From: Fastidiosibacter lacustris
GTDB lineage: Bacteria > Pseudomonadota > Gammaproteobacteria > Francisellales > Francisellaceae
Assembly: GCF_003428155.1 (NCBI RefSeq)
Contig: NZ_QLIR01000022.1
Coordinates: 1-29,504, forward strand
Direction: 5' to 3'
DNA length: 29,504 nucleotides
How positions within the stretch are numbered: position 1 is the first letter of the stretch; each line of letters begins with the position of its first letter. A program made the position numbers and the translations under genes. Under the pieces are notes generated by a model. That model was given only the letters and a program-made list of their open reading frames with translations. It had not been told where the DNA came from and made no database searches. Below are positions 28,547 through 29,504 of the stretch, piece by piece.

Positions 28547-29155
28547 TTAAAAAACTTTGAATCCAGTTTCATTGATTTGTTTCACGTGTGACATCACCAG
28601 GTTGTTACGGGTAATCGCTGAATGTTGCCAAAATGCTTGATAAGATGTTTGTAAGGTGTTGATACGATGTTGATATTTTTTATCTTTGCTTAGCTGTTCT
28701 AATACGGTATGAAATGCATAAACCCCATTTGTCTCATCGTGCCCATAAAAGCGCGGCAATACATTTTCTTCTATACAGTATGGTGAAATATATTGCGCTT
28801 TTTGCTTAAGTAATACCTCGCTTAAACAAAAATAAAGAACATCAGTTTGGAAGTCTTTGACGTACATCACATCAACATTTTCTAACTGCGAGTTATACTG
28901 TTGCCCTGACTCATGCAAAGGTAGTTTCAAACTCATTGAGCTTAGCTTTGTTCGTGTGAAAATTTCGCCTAAGTAAGCATATTGTTTCACTTGAATAGAG
29001 CTTAACTTTTCATGCAAAAAACGCTCTATTTGCGTTAACTGACCTTGCAGTATTTTTACCGAGTAGTTGAATACAAAAACATCTCTACTGCCATATAGTT
29101 CTTCAATCGTATAAAGGCTTGCTTTAGCGACTGCTCCTAGTGATGGTAAGCTCAT
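28547..29155 (-). CDS. Hypothetical 202-aa protein co-oriented 57 bp upstream of DUF262; possible HEPN-like
   Basis: Intact ORF; mostly helical-looking; C-terminal ITRNNLVMSHVKQI contains R-X6-H. Confidence 0.6.
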   Translation of the reverse strand: MSLPSLGAVAKASLYTIEELYGSRDVFVFNYSVKILQGQLTQIERFLHEKLSSIQVKQYAYLGEIFTRTKLSSMSLKLPLHESGQQYNSQLENVDVMYVKDFQTDVLYFCLSEVLLKQKAQYISPYCIEENVLPRFYGHDETNGVYAFHTVLEQLSKDKKYQHRINTLQTSYQAFWQHSAITRNNLVMSHVKQINETGFKVF

Positions 29156-29504
29156 TATTGACCTAAACAGCTATCGATAAATAATAAAGCACATCATAAA
29201 TATTTATATATTTTTGCAACAGGTGTTATTAAATGAATCATGATCCTATGAAAAATCACAAAAAGCAACTTTAGTAATCAAGGCTAAATACAACAACGTG
29301 AGCACCCGTCAATTTACCTTAATAATTTATACGACAAAATTACTTGGTGTTAGCATTGATCAACGTAAAACAACAACTCTTTACAACAAAGCATTACAGC
29401 GATACTGGAATTTTAAGATACCATCTGTATTTGAGGTAAAGTGAATGTAAGGAAACCTTAGATGATTAAAAGTGTTGTTCTAAAGTATCTTCAAGCGACA
29501 CTTT

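Noticed and set aside
1-29504. CRISPR array, tRNA or rRNA genes
   Set aside because: No regularly spaced direct repeats and no tRNA/rRNA-like sequence recognised by eye; a tRNAscan/CRISPR finder run would settle this.

Overview
Low-GC gammaproteobacterial chromosomal window; a Francisella/Fastidiosibacteraceae-like host is only a guess. Left to right it contains: (1) a minus-strand Hsp70-family / DUF2760 gene pair. (2) A five-gene plus-strand lipid/polyketide-like operon (HX4D acyltransferase, two acyl carrier proteins, COG4648-like membrane protein, AMP-ligase). This resembles the front half of an aryl-polyene (APE) cluster but has no ketosynthase, ketoreductase or dehydratase here. (3) A VOC protein, followed by about 2.6 kb of mobile-element debris: a serine resolvase pseudogene, a degraded IS1-family element, and an internally deleted IS630-family element with recognisable terminal inverted repeats. 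The debris surrounds a DUF4160/DUF2442 pair. (4) cyoABCDE, then an IS110 remnant. (5) A cold-shock gene with a strong terminator, thiN-type thiamine pyrophosphokinase, xerC, rsmJ and an XRE regulator. (6) A tightly packed minus-strand lysine/DAP operon dapB-dapA-dapD-lysA-like followed by an M14/AstE-AspA-like zinc hydrolase. (7) A GT2 glycosyltransferase, a small membrane ORF overlapping an MFS transporter, and a two-gene operon (202-aa orphan with a C-terminal RX6H motif, plus a 748-aa DUF262 protein). The last pair is the best candidate for an undescribed defence-type system. All family calls come from motif and sequence recognition; no database search was run.
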